Shown in pieces: positions 38,570 to 47,135 of a stretch of DNA of 50,479 nt. Position numbers and translations under genes: made by a program. Each line of letters opens with the position of its first letter. The stretch's first letter is position 1. The stretch is from Clostridia bacterium (lineage in GTDB: Bacteria > Bacillota > Clostridia > UBA1212 > UBA1255): assembly GCA_017613535.1 (NCBI GenBank), contig JAGADO010000042.1:1-50479 (forward strand), read 5' to 3'. Under the pieces are notes generated by a model that made no database searches, was not told the origin of the DNA, and saw only the letters and a program-made list of their open reading frames with translations.

Positions 38570-39207
38570 TTGTTTTTCTCCTCTTCATTAAGTCTGGCGG
38601 TGATGGCATCAAGCTGCGCTTTCAATTCTTCCAGTTCCTTCGCGAAAGGGTCTCCCGTGCGCTGCTCGAGCGATTCGGAAGGGACAACGCGCTCCCCGAG
38701 GACCTTTATGACCTGAGCCTTTACGCCCGTCACCGTAGTATCAGGCGGCACGTCCTCGACAACGACCGAACCGGCACCGATCATGGCATTGTCCCCGATC
38801 GTGACAGGACCGAGCACTTTCGATCCGGCTCCGATCAGGACGTTGTTCCCGACAGTCGGATGGCGCTTGCAATGCTTTACGTGGCCTGTTCCTCCCAGCG
38901 TCACCTGGTGGTATATCGTGCAGTTATTTCCCACGACGGCGGTCTCGCCTATCACGACACCGTGGCCGTGGTCAATAAACAGTTCTTCTCCTATAGTCGC
39001 GCCCGGGTGTATTTCTATCCCCGTGCGCCTGGTACAGATCTGCGATATCCAGCGGGCAATAAATTTGAGTTTGATCCTGTAAAATGCGCGTGCGACCTTA
39101 TGGTATATCAAAGCATGATATCCCGGATAAAGGAAAAATACCTCCAGCGCGTTGCGCGCCGCAGGGTCCCGCCGGGCGATCGATTTTGCATCTTTAATAA
39201 GTCCCAT
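38566..39207 (-). CDS. cysE: Serine O-acetyltransferase
   Basis: RDPAAR, YPGYHA, TGIEIHPGA, FIDHGHGVVIGET, VTLGGTG...KRHP; hexapeptide repeats; 4-nt overlap with cysS. Confidence 0.96.
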   Translation of the reverse strand: MGLIKDAKSIARRDPAARNALEVFFLYPGYHALIYHKVARAFYRIKLKFIARWISQICTRRTGIEIHPGATIGEELFIDHGHGVVIGETAVVGNNCTIYHQVTLGGTGHVKHCKRHPTVGNNVLIGAGSKVLGPVTIGDNAMIGAGSVVVEDVPPDTTVTGVKAQVIKVLGERVVPSESLEQRTGDPFAKELEELKAQLDAITARLNEEEKNK

Positions 39208-39300
39208 AAATAAATGTCCCGCTCCTTCCCGTTTCGTGCAGACCTGTGCGGAAGTCCGTAGGGTGTACCCGGCCGGACATCGGTCCGGTACACGTTTTGT

Positions 39301-39329
39301 ATTGTATCACAATCGGCAGATAAAGTGAA
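39301..39329 (-). promoter_or_regulatory. Putative sigmaA promoter of the cysE-cysS operon
   Basis: TTCACT-N17-TACAAT with extended -10 TG. Confidence 0.5.
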
Positions 39330-39365
39330 GTGCAAACGGTCTTCGTGGTCACGGACAAAATGTAA

Positions 39366-39392
39366 AAGGCATCCCGGGACCCGGGATGCCTT
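39366..39392 (-). terminator. Intrinsic terminator after the 39419 gene
   Basis: Perfect AAGGCATCCCGGG-A-CCCGGGATGCCTT; T-rich tail on the minus strand. Confidence 0.8.
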
Positions 39393-39418
39393 CTGCCGGG
39401 CTTAATTTAAAGCTATCG

Positions 39419-40852
39419 TTATGCTTTGCGCCCTTTCGAAGCGATTATTATGATCGCGGCAATGAGCAGGACTCCGGCGATACCACCTGCTATGCCTATT
39501 ATAGCGCCTTTGCTTATACCTTTCCCGGAAGGCGTTCCGGACTGAGAGCCCGATCCGTTCGAAGGATCACCGGAGGTCCTGAGCTGAACTTTAAACAGCT
39601 GAGTCGAAAGTGCTCCGTCGCACTCGCCTACACACAGATAGTACATGACGCCGCCGTCATCTTCCGTGAGACCGGAATTGAGCCAGAGCGTTTTACCTGA
39701 ACCTACCTGCTTTCCGACAGAACCATCTTTATCCGACTCGAACCACTTGTAATTAACTTCCTGATTCGCATTGACCGCCTCGACCTCTAAAGAGAAAGGC
39801 TCCCCTGCTTTTTCCGCGATGTATTCGGGCTGAGATACGGGCGCGATGCTGAATTTCCCGGTTTCGGCTGATTCTCCGGCAGAAACATTTACGGGAACGG
39901 CCACGGCGCAGCAGTCGTAGACCGCGGCAAGGCTTTTCTGTTCGATGCTGTAGATATTATTCGGGAAGATCTGGATCTTATCGGAGCCGGTCACGTCCAG
40001 ATAGCCCTGGCCCGTCCATGCGCGAAGCTTAAGCCCTTCGGCGTCGATATTATCACCGACGGTGTATTCCGTCCTGGCGGGCATATTCATCACTTCTACG
40101 CTCATCGTGTACGTGGGATCTGAATCCTGTTCTTCGATAACGAATCTGGTGAGACCGGTGAGGCTGCGGTTGGTTTTTCCGCCTGCCGTCTTCTCTACCA
40201 TGCACGTTACGAACACCGTTCCCGCCGTTCCGGTATCCATCACGAAAACTGTTGAGTCATAAGTATCCTCGTCCACTTTTATCGTGGTGATATCGTTCAC
40301 ATTCGTGGTGTACCACGTATAGTGATATTCAGCGCCCTCATCCTCCACGATCTTCATCGCGTATTTGCAAAGTTCACCCTGCGGAAAGATGAGATTGTGA
40401 AGAGAGATCTCGTTAGGATCGCAGATGTTTCCGCCGGATTCCACGTTAATGTACGAAAGAGCGGTGATCGCGATACCGTTGGCCCCGCGGACGATGCAGT
40501 ATATCTGGGAACCGTCGAGTGCCTTCTTAACCTCGCTCAGCTTAAGGTAAGAAATATTTTCGGCAGGAGTGAGTTCCGCGGACGTAAAGCAGTCGTACAC
40601 AGGCGAGCCGATCGTCTCAGGCGTAGCAAATACCGGGAAATCCTTCCCCTGGTACCTTATGAACCATTCGAACATCAGGTCGGAACCTTTAGCTTCCGTC
40701 ATGAAAGTGATATCGTGGCCCTCGGGCACCTGATAGTTACTCGGGCTTCTCCTCACGGAAGTTGCTTCGGGTTCCGCGTATACGGGAAGCGAGGCGGCGA
40801 TCATAAAAGCCGCGGTCAATAATACCGTAATAAGCACAAGAAATCTTTTCAT
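39419..40852 (-). CDS. Surface protein with Ig-like domains (incl. Big_3-like) and C-terminal TM anchor
   Basis: Signal peptide ending VYA; Ig-like FEWF...DGSQIYCIV and YKWF...DGGVMYYLC; MPARTEYTVGDNIDAEGLKL; C-terminal GAIIGIAGGIAGVLLIAAIIIIA followed by SKGRKA. Confidence 0.75.
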   Translation of the reverse strand: MKRFLVLITVLLTAAFMIAASLPVYAEPEATSVRRSPSNYQVPEGHDITFMTEAKGSDLMFEWFIRYQGKDFPVFATPETIGSPVYDCFTSAELTPAENISYLKLSEVKKALDGSQIYCIVRGANGIAITALSYINVESGGNICDPNEISLHNLIFPQGELCKYAMKIVEDEGAEYHYTWYTTNVNDITTIKVDEDTYDSTVFVMDTGTAGTVFVTCMVEKTAGGKTNRSLTGLTRFVIEEQDSDPTYTMSVEVMNMPARTEYTVGDNIDAEGLKLRAWTGQGYLDVTGSDKIQIFPNNIYSIEQKSLAAVYDCCAVAVPVNVSAGESAETGKFSIAPVSQPEYIAEKAGEPFSLEVEAVNANQEVNYKWFESDKDGSVGKQVGSGKTLWLNSGLTEDDGGVMYYLCVGECDGALSTQLFKVQLRTSGDPSNGSGSQSGTPSGKGISKGAIIGIAGGIAGVLLIAAIIIIASKGRKA

Positions 40853-40876
40853 TTTCTTCTCCTTTCGGGTCCGTTT

Positions 40877-41593
40877 TCAGATCACTGCGTCGGCAATGTA
40901 CGGTCTGTGATCCGAAACCACGCATGCGGGTATCTCCGCCCCTGTAACGCTTATATCCTTAGACGTAAATATGTAGTCGATCTTTCTGTCAGGCTTCCAC
41001 GACGGGAACGACAGCCCCGTATCCCATACGGAAAACGCGGCTGCGGTATCGAAGAGTTTCTCCCTGATCGGCTTAAGCAGCATATCGTCCGGCTTCACGT
41101 TGAAATCGCCCATAAGGATCGTCCTGCTCCCCGTAATAAGGCTTTCGACGGTCTTCACGGCATTCTCCTGCTCATCCGGGTTGAGTCCAAAGTGGCTTAC
41201 CAGCACAGTCAGTCCGCCGGGAACGTCGAGTTCGGCTTTAAGCACGCACCTTGTCTCGTAATACCCTTTATACATACGAGGTTCCGGATCGGGTATAAGA
41301 ATGGTCTGCGCGCTCAGGATCGGGTAGCGGGACAATAAAGCGTTGCCGTACGGTTCGGTCCCCCCGAACGATATCGCTTTAGCGAAATAGCCGTTGAATC
41401 CGGTCAGTTCCGCGAGCTTTCCCGTCTGGTCCGCGTACTCTTTTTCATCCGTGCCAAGGCTCCTTATCTCCTGAAGTCCGGCAATATCCGCGCCGAGATC
41501 CGCAACGACCTTTGCGAACGCTCCGAAATCGATACGGCCCGTCATGCAGTTCAGACAGTGCTGGGTATTGTAGCTCATTATCCGAAGTATCAT
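40877..41593 (-). CDS. Endonuclease/exonuclease/phosphatase family protein
   Basis: IMSYN, GLQE, YGNALLSRYP, LMGDFN, KIDYIF, SDHRP. Confidence 0.92.
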   Translation of the reverse strand: MILRIMSYNTQHCLNCMTGRIDFGAFAKVVADLGADIAGLQEIRSLGTDEKEYADQTGKLAELTGFNGYFAKAISFGGTEPYGNALLSRYPILSAQTILIPDPEPRMYKGYYETRCVLKAELDVPGGLTVLVSHFGLNPDEQENAVKTVESLITGSRTILMGDFNVKPDDMLLKPIREKLFDTAAAFSVWDTGLSFPSWKPDRKIDYIFTSKDISVTGAEIPACVVSDHRPYIADAVI

Positions 41594-41640
41594 ATCTGTC
41601 CTCCGGTCACGCGAAAAAAAAGCGTTTTCCGGCCGCCCCG

Positions 41641-42219
41641 TCAGTCTTCCGGTTTGGTCTCGAGCTTGAGCGGGAAATCTCCGAGATGGTTCAGTTTGAA
41701 GCCGTTCTTTTTATACTCCTCGTAATCGAACGCTTCGAGTTCGTCGATCGCGAGTTTGTGGAATTCGTAGAAATTATGCCACCACTCGTAGCCCGAACCG
41801 AGCGAAGCTCCGAGATATGCGTCGGCAATATCGCATCCCATCTGGGGAGCAACATAGAAAGCACCCATGGCAAGGACGTTAACGCCGTTGCCCGTGATGG
41901 CACGGAGCGCGGCCGGAACGCTCTCGACGACACCGGCGTGTACGTGCGGACATTTCGATGCCGCGATATGTATTCCCATTCCTGTGCCGCAGAACAGAAG
42001 AGCGCGCTCAAACTCGCCCTCGGCGATCATTGCCCCTGCCCTTAATCCGATGCGGTGGAACATAAGGTCCGTATCGGTATCGGGATCACTGTCAGCCTTA
42101 ACGCCGACGTCCGTGATTTTCCACCCCTTTGCCTTAAGATGGGCTACGACGGCTTCCTTCAGCGGGTATCCCGCAAAATCAGCGGCAACCAATAGGTACT
42201 TGTCTTTAATAGTCTTCAT
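41641..42219 (-). CDS. RpiB/LacA/LacB family sugar(-phosphate) isomerase, divergent
   Basis: AADFAGYPLKE, FCGTGMGIHIAASK, NGVNVLAMG. Confidence 0.85.
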   Translation of the reverse strand: MKTIKDKYLLVAADFAGYPLKEAVVAHLKAKGWKITDVGVKADSDPDTDTDLMFHRIGLRAGAMIAEGEFERALLFCGTGMGIHIAASKCPHVHAGVVESVPAALRAITGNGVNVLAMGAFYVAPQMGCDIADAYLGASLGSGYEWWHNFYEFHKLAIDELEAFDYEEYKKNGFKLNHLGDFPLKLETKPED

Positions 42220-42412
42220 TTACTGCAACCTCTTTCCGGTTTTAATTGTGTTTATTCTATCAATTTGCGCTTTCGGTGTCAAGGAGGAACAGATTTTTGC
42301 AATACTTCGGAGAATAGTATATAATTGCCTCCGGTCAACGTCCTGCGGGCGCTCCTGACACTTCTCCCGAAGCGGCTTTTGACCCAAAAAAACGGAACGG
42401 TCGGTCTTTATA

Positions 42413-44164
42413 ATGAGCGGGATCACTGCAAAAACGCCATGGGCTGCATATTTGGGAGAATTGCCTCTGACGCTCGATTATTTCGGCGGAACGATGTACG
42501 AAATGATCGTGAAGAGTGCGGAAAGAACGCCTGATGCCGTCGCGTTCGATTTTATGGGCAGGTCAACGACCTACAGGCGTATGACGGATAATATCGACCG
42601 GTGCGCGGAGGCTCTCATCTCCGCCGGCGCGACAGAGAACGACCGCATAACGATAGCTATGCCGAATTGCCCCCAGGCCATTTACGCGCTGTACGCGGTC
42701 AACAAAATCGGCGCCGTTGCCAACATGATCCATCCCCTTTCGGCCGAAAAAGAGATCGAATTTTACCTGAATACGGCTAACAGCACGATAGCCGTGACAC
42801 TTGACCAGTTCTGCGGAAAATTCGAGGCAGTACGCGTCGGCACGCCTCTTCAGAAACTGATCGTCAGTTCTATTGCAGACGAACTACCTCCGTTTAAGAA
42901 GGTCGCTTTTCGTGTTTCGACGGCCGGAAAGATAAAAAAGCCGCCGAAAGTTCCGCACATCATTAGCTGGAAGACGTTTATGCGCGATGCGGAAGCCGGA
43001 AATGCTAAAGCTCGTCCGGAAAGCTCAAAAGCGGTTCGTTCGGGAGATGATCCGGCGGTCATCCTGTATTCGGGAGGCACCACCGGAACGACGAAAGGCA
43101 TCGTGCTTACAAACAGAAATTTCAACGCTCTGGCCGCTCAGATAGAGGCAGTGAACCCGATGTACAGACTCGGAGATAAAATGCTTGCCGCTATGCCCCT
43201 GTTTCACGGTTTCGGTCTCGGCGTGTGCATACACTCGATGCTGGCAGGAGGAGGCAGATGCGTGCTTGTCCCGCGCTTCTCTCCTAAAAGCTACGGAAAA
43301 ATGATAGCGAAATACAAGTGCAATTTCATTGCCGGCGTGCCTACATTGTTCGAAGCGCTCCTCCGCCTGCCCGGTATGGAGAAGGAAGATATGAGCTCAC
43401 TGAAAGGCGTATTTTCCGGCGGCGATTCTCTTTCTGTCGAGCTCAAAAAAAAGCTGGATAAATATCTTAAGGACCACAAGGCGAACGTCAGCGTCAGAGA
43501 GGGGTACGGAACTACCGAGACCGTTACGGCATGCTGTCTGACTCCGCCTCACATGGCTAAAGAAGGCAGCATCGGTCTGCCATTCCCCGATACGTATATC
43601 AAGATCGTAAAGCCGGGTACGGATAAAGAACTTCCGTACGGTGAAGAAGGAGAGATACTGCTGGCCGGACCTACCGTAATGAAAGAGTATATGAATAACC
43701 CCGCCGAAACGGCCTCTACCCTGAGGCTCCACGAAGACGGGCTCACATGGGTATACACTGGCGATCTGGGAACGATGGACGAACAGGGATTCATTTATTT
43801 CCGCGGCCGGGCAAAGCGCATGATCGTGACGTCGGGGTACAACGTTTATCCGGGACAGCTCGAGAATATCTTTGACGCGCACCCGCTCGTGCAGATGAGC
43901 TGCGTTATCGGCGTGCCCGATCCTATAAAGATCCGCAAAGTCAAAGCATTCGTCAAGCTTCGCGCCGATGCTCCGGCGGACGACGAAACAAAGCAGAAAC
44001 TGATGGAATACTGCCGCAAAAACATTGCCCGTTACGCTATGCCTTACGATATAGAATTCAGGGACGATATGCCCAAAACGCTTGTCGGAAAAGTCGCGTA
44101 CCGCAAGCTCGAAGAAGAAGAGGAAGCCAGGCTCGCAAAAGAGCAGGCGAACACAGATAAATGA
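42413..44164 (+). CDS. AMP-dependent acyl-CoA synthetase (long-chain fatty acid--CoA ligase-like)
   Basis: LYSGGTTGTTKG, EGYGTTE, YTGDLG, GRAKRMIVTSGYNVYP, PKTLVGK. Confidence 0.92.
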   Translation: MSGITAKTPWAAYLGELPLTLDYFGGTMYEMIVKSAERTPDAVAFDFMGRSTTYRRMTDNIDRCAEALISAGATENDRITIAMPNCPQAIYALYAVNKIGAVANMIHPLSAEKEIEFYLNTANSTIAVTLDQFCGKFEAVRVGTPLQKLIVSSIADELPPFKKVAFRVSTAGKIKKPPKVPHIISWKTFMRDAEAGNAKARPESSKAVRSGDDPAVILYSGGTTGTTKGIVLTNRNFNALAAQIEAVNPMYRLGDKMLAAMPLFHGFGLGVCIHSMLAGGGRCVLVPRFSPKSYGKMIAKYKCNFIAGVPTLFEALLRLPGMEKEDMSSLKGVFSGGDSLSVELKKKLDKYLKDHKANVSVREGYGTTETVTACCLTPPHMAKEGSIGLPFPDTYIKIVKPGTDKELPYGEEGEILLAGPTVMKEYMNNPAETASTLRLHEDGLTWVYTGDLGTMDEQGFIYFRGRAKRMIVTSGYNVYPGQLENIFDAHPLVQMSCVIGVPDPIKIRKVKAFVKLRADAPADDETKQKLMEYCRKNIARYAMPYDIEFRDDMPKTLVGKVAYRKLEEEEEARLAKEQANTDK

Positions 44165-44820
44165 GACCGAGAAGTAAAAAGCATTTTGAAGAGAGATACG
44201 AAGCTGTCAGCCCGCTGCTCGTAAAAGAGCCCGAAACCGCGAAGGGCCGCTGGAGAGAACTGTTTCCGCAGACAGGCCTGGCCGAACGCGAAAAGGCAAA
44301 GCTCCGCCTCGAGATAGGCTGCGGAAAGGGCGCTTTTATAAGCGGCATGGCTTCAGCCGATCCCAATTCGTGTTTTGTGGCAATGGAAGTCGTTCCCACT
44401 GTCATTCTCATGGCCATGGAGAAAGTGTGGGGCGATCCCGTGCTTCGCGAACAGGACAACGTCCGTTTCATCTGCGGCGACGCCAGATCGGTCGGAGATT
44501 ACTTCGCCGAAAATGAAGTTGACGCCATCTACCTGAACTTCTCCGACCCCTGGCCGAGACCGAAACAGTTTAAAAGACGCCTTACTCACCCTCTGTTTCT
44601 CGAAACATACAAAAAGATCTTAAAGCCGGGAGGCGTCATCCGTCAGAAAACAGATAACGCCCCCCTGTTTGAATTTTCTCTTGAACAATTAAAAGCGTGC
44701 GGTTTCGATACGCGCGTGATCGAATCAGTCCCGCCTGACAATATCATAACCGAATACGAGTCGCGGTTCGTTGCCGAGGGGCTCCCCATCTACAGGCTCG
44801 AAGCCGTAAAACCCGTCTGA
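44161..44820 (+). CDS. trmB: tRNA (guanine-N7)-methyltransferase
   Basis: LEIGCGKG, IYLNFSDPWP...KRRLT, KTDN, TEYE. Confidence 0.95.
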   Translation: MRPRSKKHFEERYEAVSPLLVKEPETAKGRWRELFPQTGLAEREKAKLRLEIGCGKGAFISGMASADPNSCFVAMEVVPTVILMAMEKVWGDPVLREQDNVRFICGDARSVGDYFAENEVDAIYLNFSDPWPRPKQFKRRLTHPLFLETYKKILKPGGVIRQKTDNAPLFEFSLEQLKACGFDTRVIESVPPDNIITEYESRFVAEGLPIYRLEAVKPV

Positions 44821-44857
44821 ACCGGTCCGGACCGGTCCGCTATCCGTCGATCGCCTG

Positions 44858-47128
44858 TCACGATTTAGCGGCAATAAGGTTTCCGACCGCGGTCCTCAGT
44901 TCCGTAAACAGATCCGTATCGGTGCTGTATACGCCCAGAGACGTCGTGATCTGCTTGATGATCAGGTCGGACGTTCCCTCCCCGTAAAGGCTGTCCAGCA
45001 GCGTGAAGTAATCGTAGTCCTCCACTCCGTCGCGCACTGACTCGAGTCTGAGTGAGCCGATCGGTCCCGGATAACCGTCGGAGCCGTATTTATCGATGTA
45101 CTCCTGAAGTGCACCGCCTGGATAGATAAGTACGCCGTTTCCGTACGTGTCAACGACCGTGCCGCTTACCTGGTGCTCGTACTTCTTTGTCCACGTCTTG
45201 GAATTCTCCCAGTCATTGACCATGTAGTACAGGAAACCGTCAATATCGTACAGCTTCTGCTGCCAGAACAGCAGTCTGTGCTTGACCGACTCGTCGTTGA
45301 TCGAAAGCGTTATCTCGGGGTTGTGCGGGAAGCGCGTGATGTACCACCAGACCTCGTCTCCCTCAGCCTGCTGAGCGGCCATGCGGTCCTTGAACACTCC
45401 GTACTGCTTTTCGTACGTTGCGCCGTAATAGTTCGTGTACAGGTTTTTGGTGTACGCCTTATCCGCCTGAGTGTTGAAGAAATAAGTCTTCGGGCACCAG
45501 ACGTTGACGTCGTTTTCGAGGTATTTGAAGAAGTCTACGCCGCTCGAAACGTTCGTGTTGTAGTGCATCGGGATGATCAGTTTGTGCGCGCCGAAAATCT
45601 CGGTATAGATCGAGTTATAGTGCTTGATCTTGTTCATCGCGGCCGCCGAGAGCGGTTCGTCGCCCTCGTTCGGATAGAAGTACGCTTTATCGAGCCACTC
45701 CTGCTTTTTGGAAACGACGTTGTACGCCGCTTCGACGTACGCGCGCAGGTACGTATCATTCTGCGTAGCATCCGGGTGGATCTTCCAGCAAAGCGTATAT
45801 GCGGTCATACGCGGATCGTCAAGGTACTGTTCTACCCTGCTGTCCCAGAACTGGCCGCGCTTGGCGTACGGGAGAGTGTAGCAGCACATTTTGTTCTCTA
45901 AAAGATACTCGTAATACAGCGCGTAAAGGTCGTCCTCGAGACCGTCCTGAGTGGTGCCTTCGCGGTTCGCACCGACGATCACGGCCCATTCGTTTAAGTC
46001 GGTGAGCGTCTTGCAGCTGGACGTTACGGGCAGTGCGAAATTCCAGACGTACGCGTAAACGGAAGCCTTTTTGATCTCGTTGCCGCCTGCGTCCTTCAGC
46101 GTGATAACGGCCGAATACTGGCCCGCCGGAGTATCAGACTGCGATATGACCTTGATGATAAACATCTGGCTCTTGTTCGCCTTGAGGTCAAACTCATGCT
46201 CGAGCACAGGTATCGGGTCGGCAACGGTCTTCCCGTCTACTCCGTCGAAATACCAGCCGTAGCAGATCTCGCTCTCCAGAACGTTGCCCGAACCGTCTTT
46301 AAACGGCGATACTTCGAGCGTTATGCCGCTCTTCGCGGCTTTAGATGCGACCATAAAGTGGCAGCCTTCGATCTCGTTTTTAGCGAGTTTGATCTGGTAC
46401 GCTTTGAACTCCGTGGGAGTCGTGCTGTCGGCGGGAGTGTTGTTATACGAATGGTCAAACCATACGGTGATGTCGTTGTCTTCATCTGCTGCGGTCAGTG
46501 CTGAATTGTTTATAGCGGGGACAACATTCGTCGCAGATGTGAGCAGGTTTTCGGCTCTGGCCTGGTCCGCGTCTGATAGTTTATTCGGGTCAACGGCAGG
46601 TGTCGCAGTGGGTTTTTCCGTCGTTGTCGCTGTAGGTGCTTTCGTTGGAGTAGGCGCAGGCGTCGGAGTCGCTGTCGGAGCTTTCGTAGGTGTAGGCGCA
46701 GGCGTGGCCGTAGGCGTCGCTGTCGGGGCTTTCGTAGGCGTCGCTCCTGGAGTAGGATCAGGTTCGGACGTAGGAGGCACCGGCGTTTCTGAAGGGACTT
46801 CCGAAGGCGCTGCCGTTCCTGTAACTGCCGTGGGCCTGTCTGTTTCGGGCACGTCGGTCGCAGGTATATCTGTCGGGTTCCCGGCGGGCTCCGTCTGGCC
46901 TTCTGTCGCAGTCACTTCGGGCGCATCGGTAACAGCATCTGTCGCGGGAGCGTCTGTGCCCGGCACGTCTGTCGGCAGGTCGATGACAACGTCGGTTTTC
47001 TCCGGATCGGGTCCGGTCTGGCCGGAAGTACAGCCGGAAGAAAGCATCAGGGCCGCGGCGATCAATACTATCGCCGTCAGCAGGCCTGTTATCCTTAAAA
47101 CTTTTCTGGTGCGCAACTTCATTTGCAT
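44858..47128 (-). CDS. Lipoprotein with long Pro/Thr/Ala linker and DUF4091 / GH123-like catalytic region
   Basis: Lipobox LSSGC; PT repeats; LAKNEIEG, YFYPNEGDEP, WWY, WQQKLYDIDGFLYY, GNGVLIYPG, SLRLESVRDGVEDYDYF (DUF4091-like). Confidence 0.75.
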   Translation of the reverse strand: MQMKLRTRKVLRITGLLTAIVLIAAALMLSSGCTSGQTGPDPEKTDVVIDLPTDVPGTDAPATDAVTDAPEVTATEGQTEPAGNPTDIPATDVPETDRPTAVTGTAAPSEVPSETPVPPTSEPDPTPGATPTKAPTATPTATPAPTPTKAPTATPTPAPTPTKAPTATTTEKPTATPAVDPNKLSDADQARAENLLTSATNVVPAINNSALTAADEDNDITVWFDHSYNNTPADSTTPTEFKAYQIKLAKNEIEGCHFMVASKAAKSGITLEVSPFKDGSGNVLESEICYGWYFDGVDGKTVADPIPVLEHEFDLKANKSQMFIIKVISQSDTPAGQYSAVITLKDAGGNEIKKASVYAYVWNFALPVTSSCKTLTDLNEWAVIVGANREGTTQDGLEDDLYALYYEYLLENKMCCYTLPYAKRGQFWDSRVEQYLDDPRMTAYTLCWKIHPDATQNDTYLRAYVEAAYNVVSKKQEWLDKAYFYPNEGDEPLSAAAMNKIKHYNSIYTEIFGAHKLIIPMHYNTNVSSGVDFFKYLENDVNVWCPKTYFFNTQADKAYTKNLYTNYYGATYEKQYGVFKDRMAAQQAEGDEVWWYITRFPHNPEITLSINDESVKHRLLFWQQKLYDIDGFLYYMVNDWENSKTWTKKYEHQVSGTVVDTYGNGVLIYPGGALQEYIDKYGSDGYPGPIGSLRLESVRDGVEDYDYFTLLDSLYGEGTSDLIIKQITTSLGVYSTDTDLFTELRTAVGNLIAAKS
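46600..46760 (-). repeat. Degenerate in-frame tandem repeats encoding the (TPTKAPTATP) linker
   Basis: Repeated GTCGCTGT(C/A)GG(A/T/G)GCTTTCGT units; boundaries approximate. Confidence 0.7.
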
Positions 47129-47135
47129 TGCCCTC

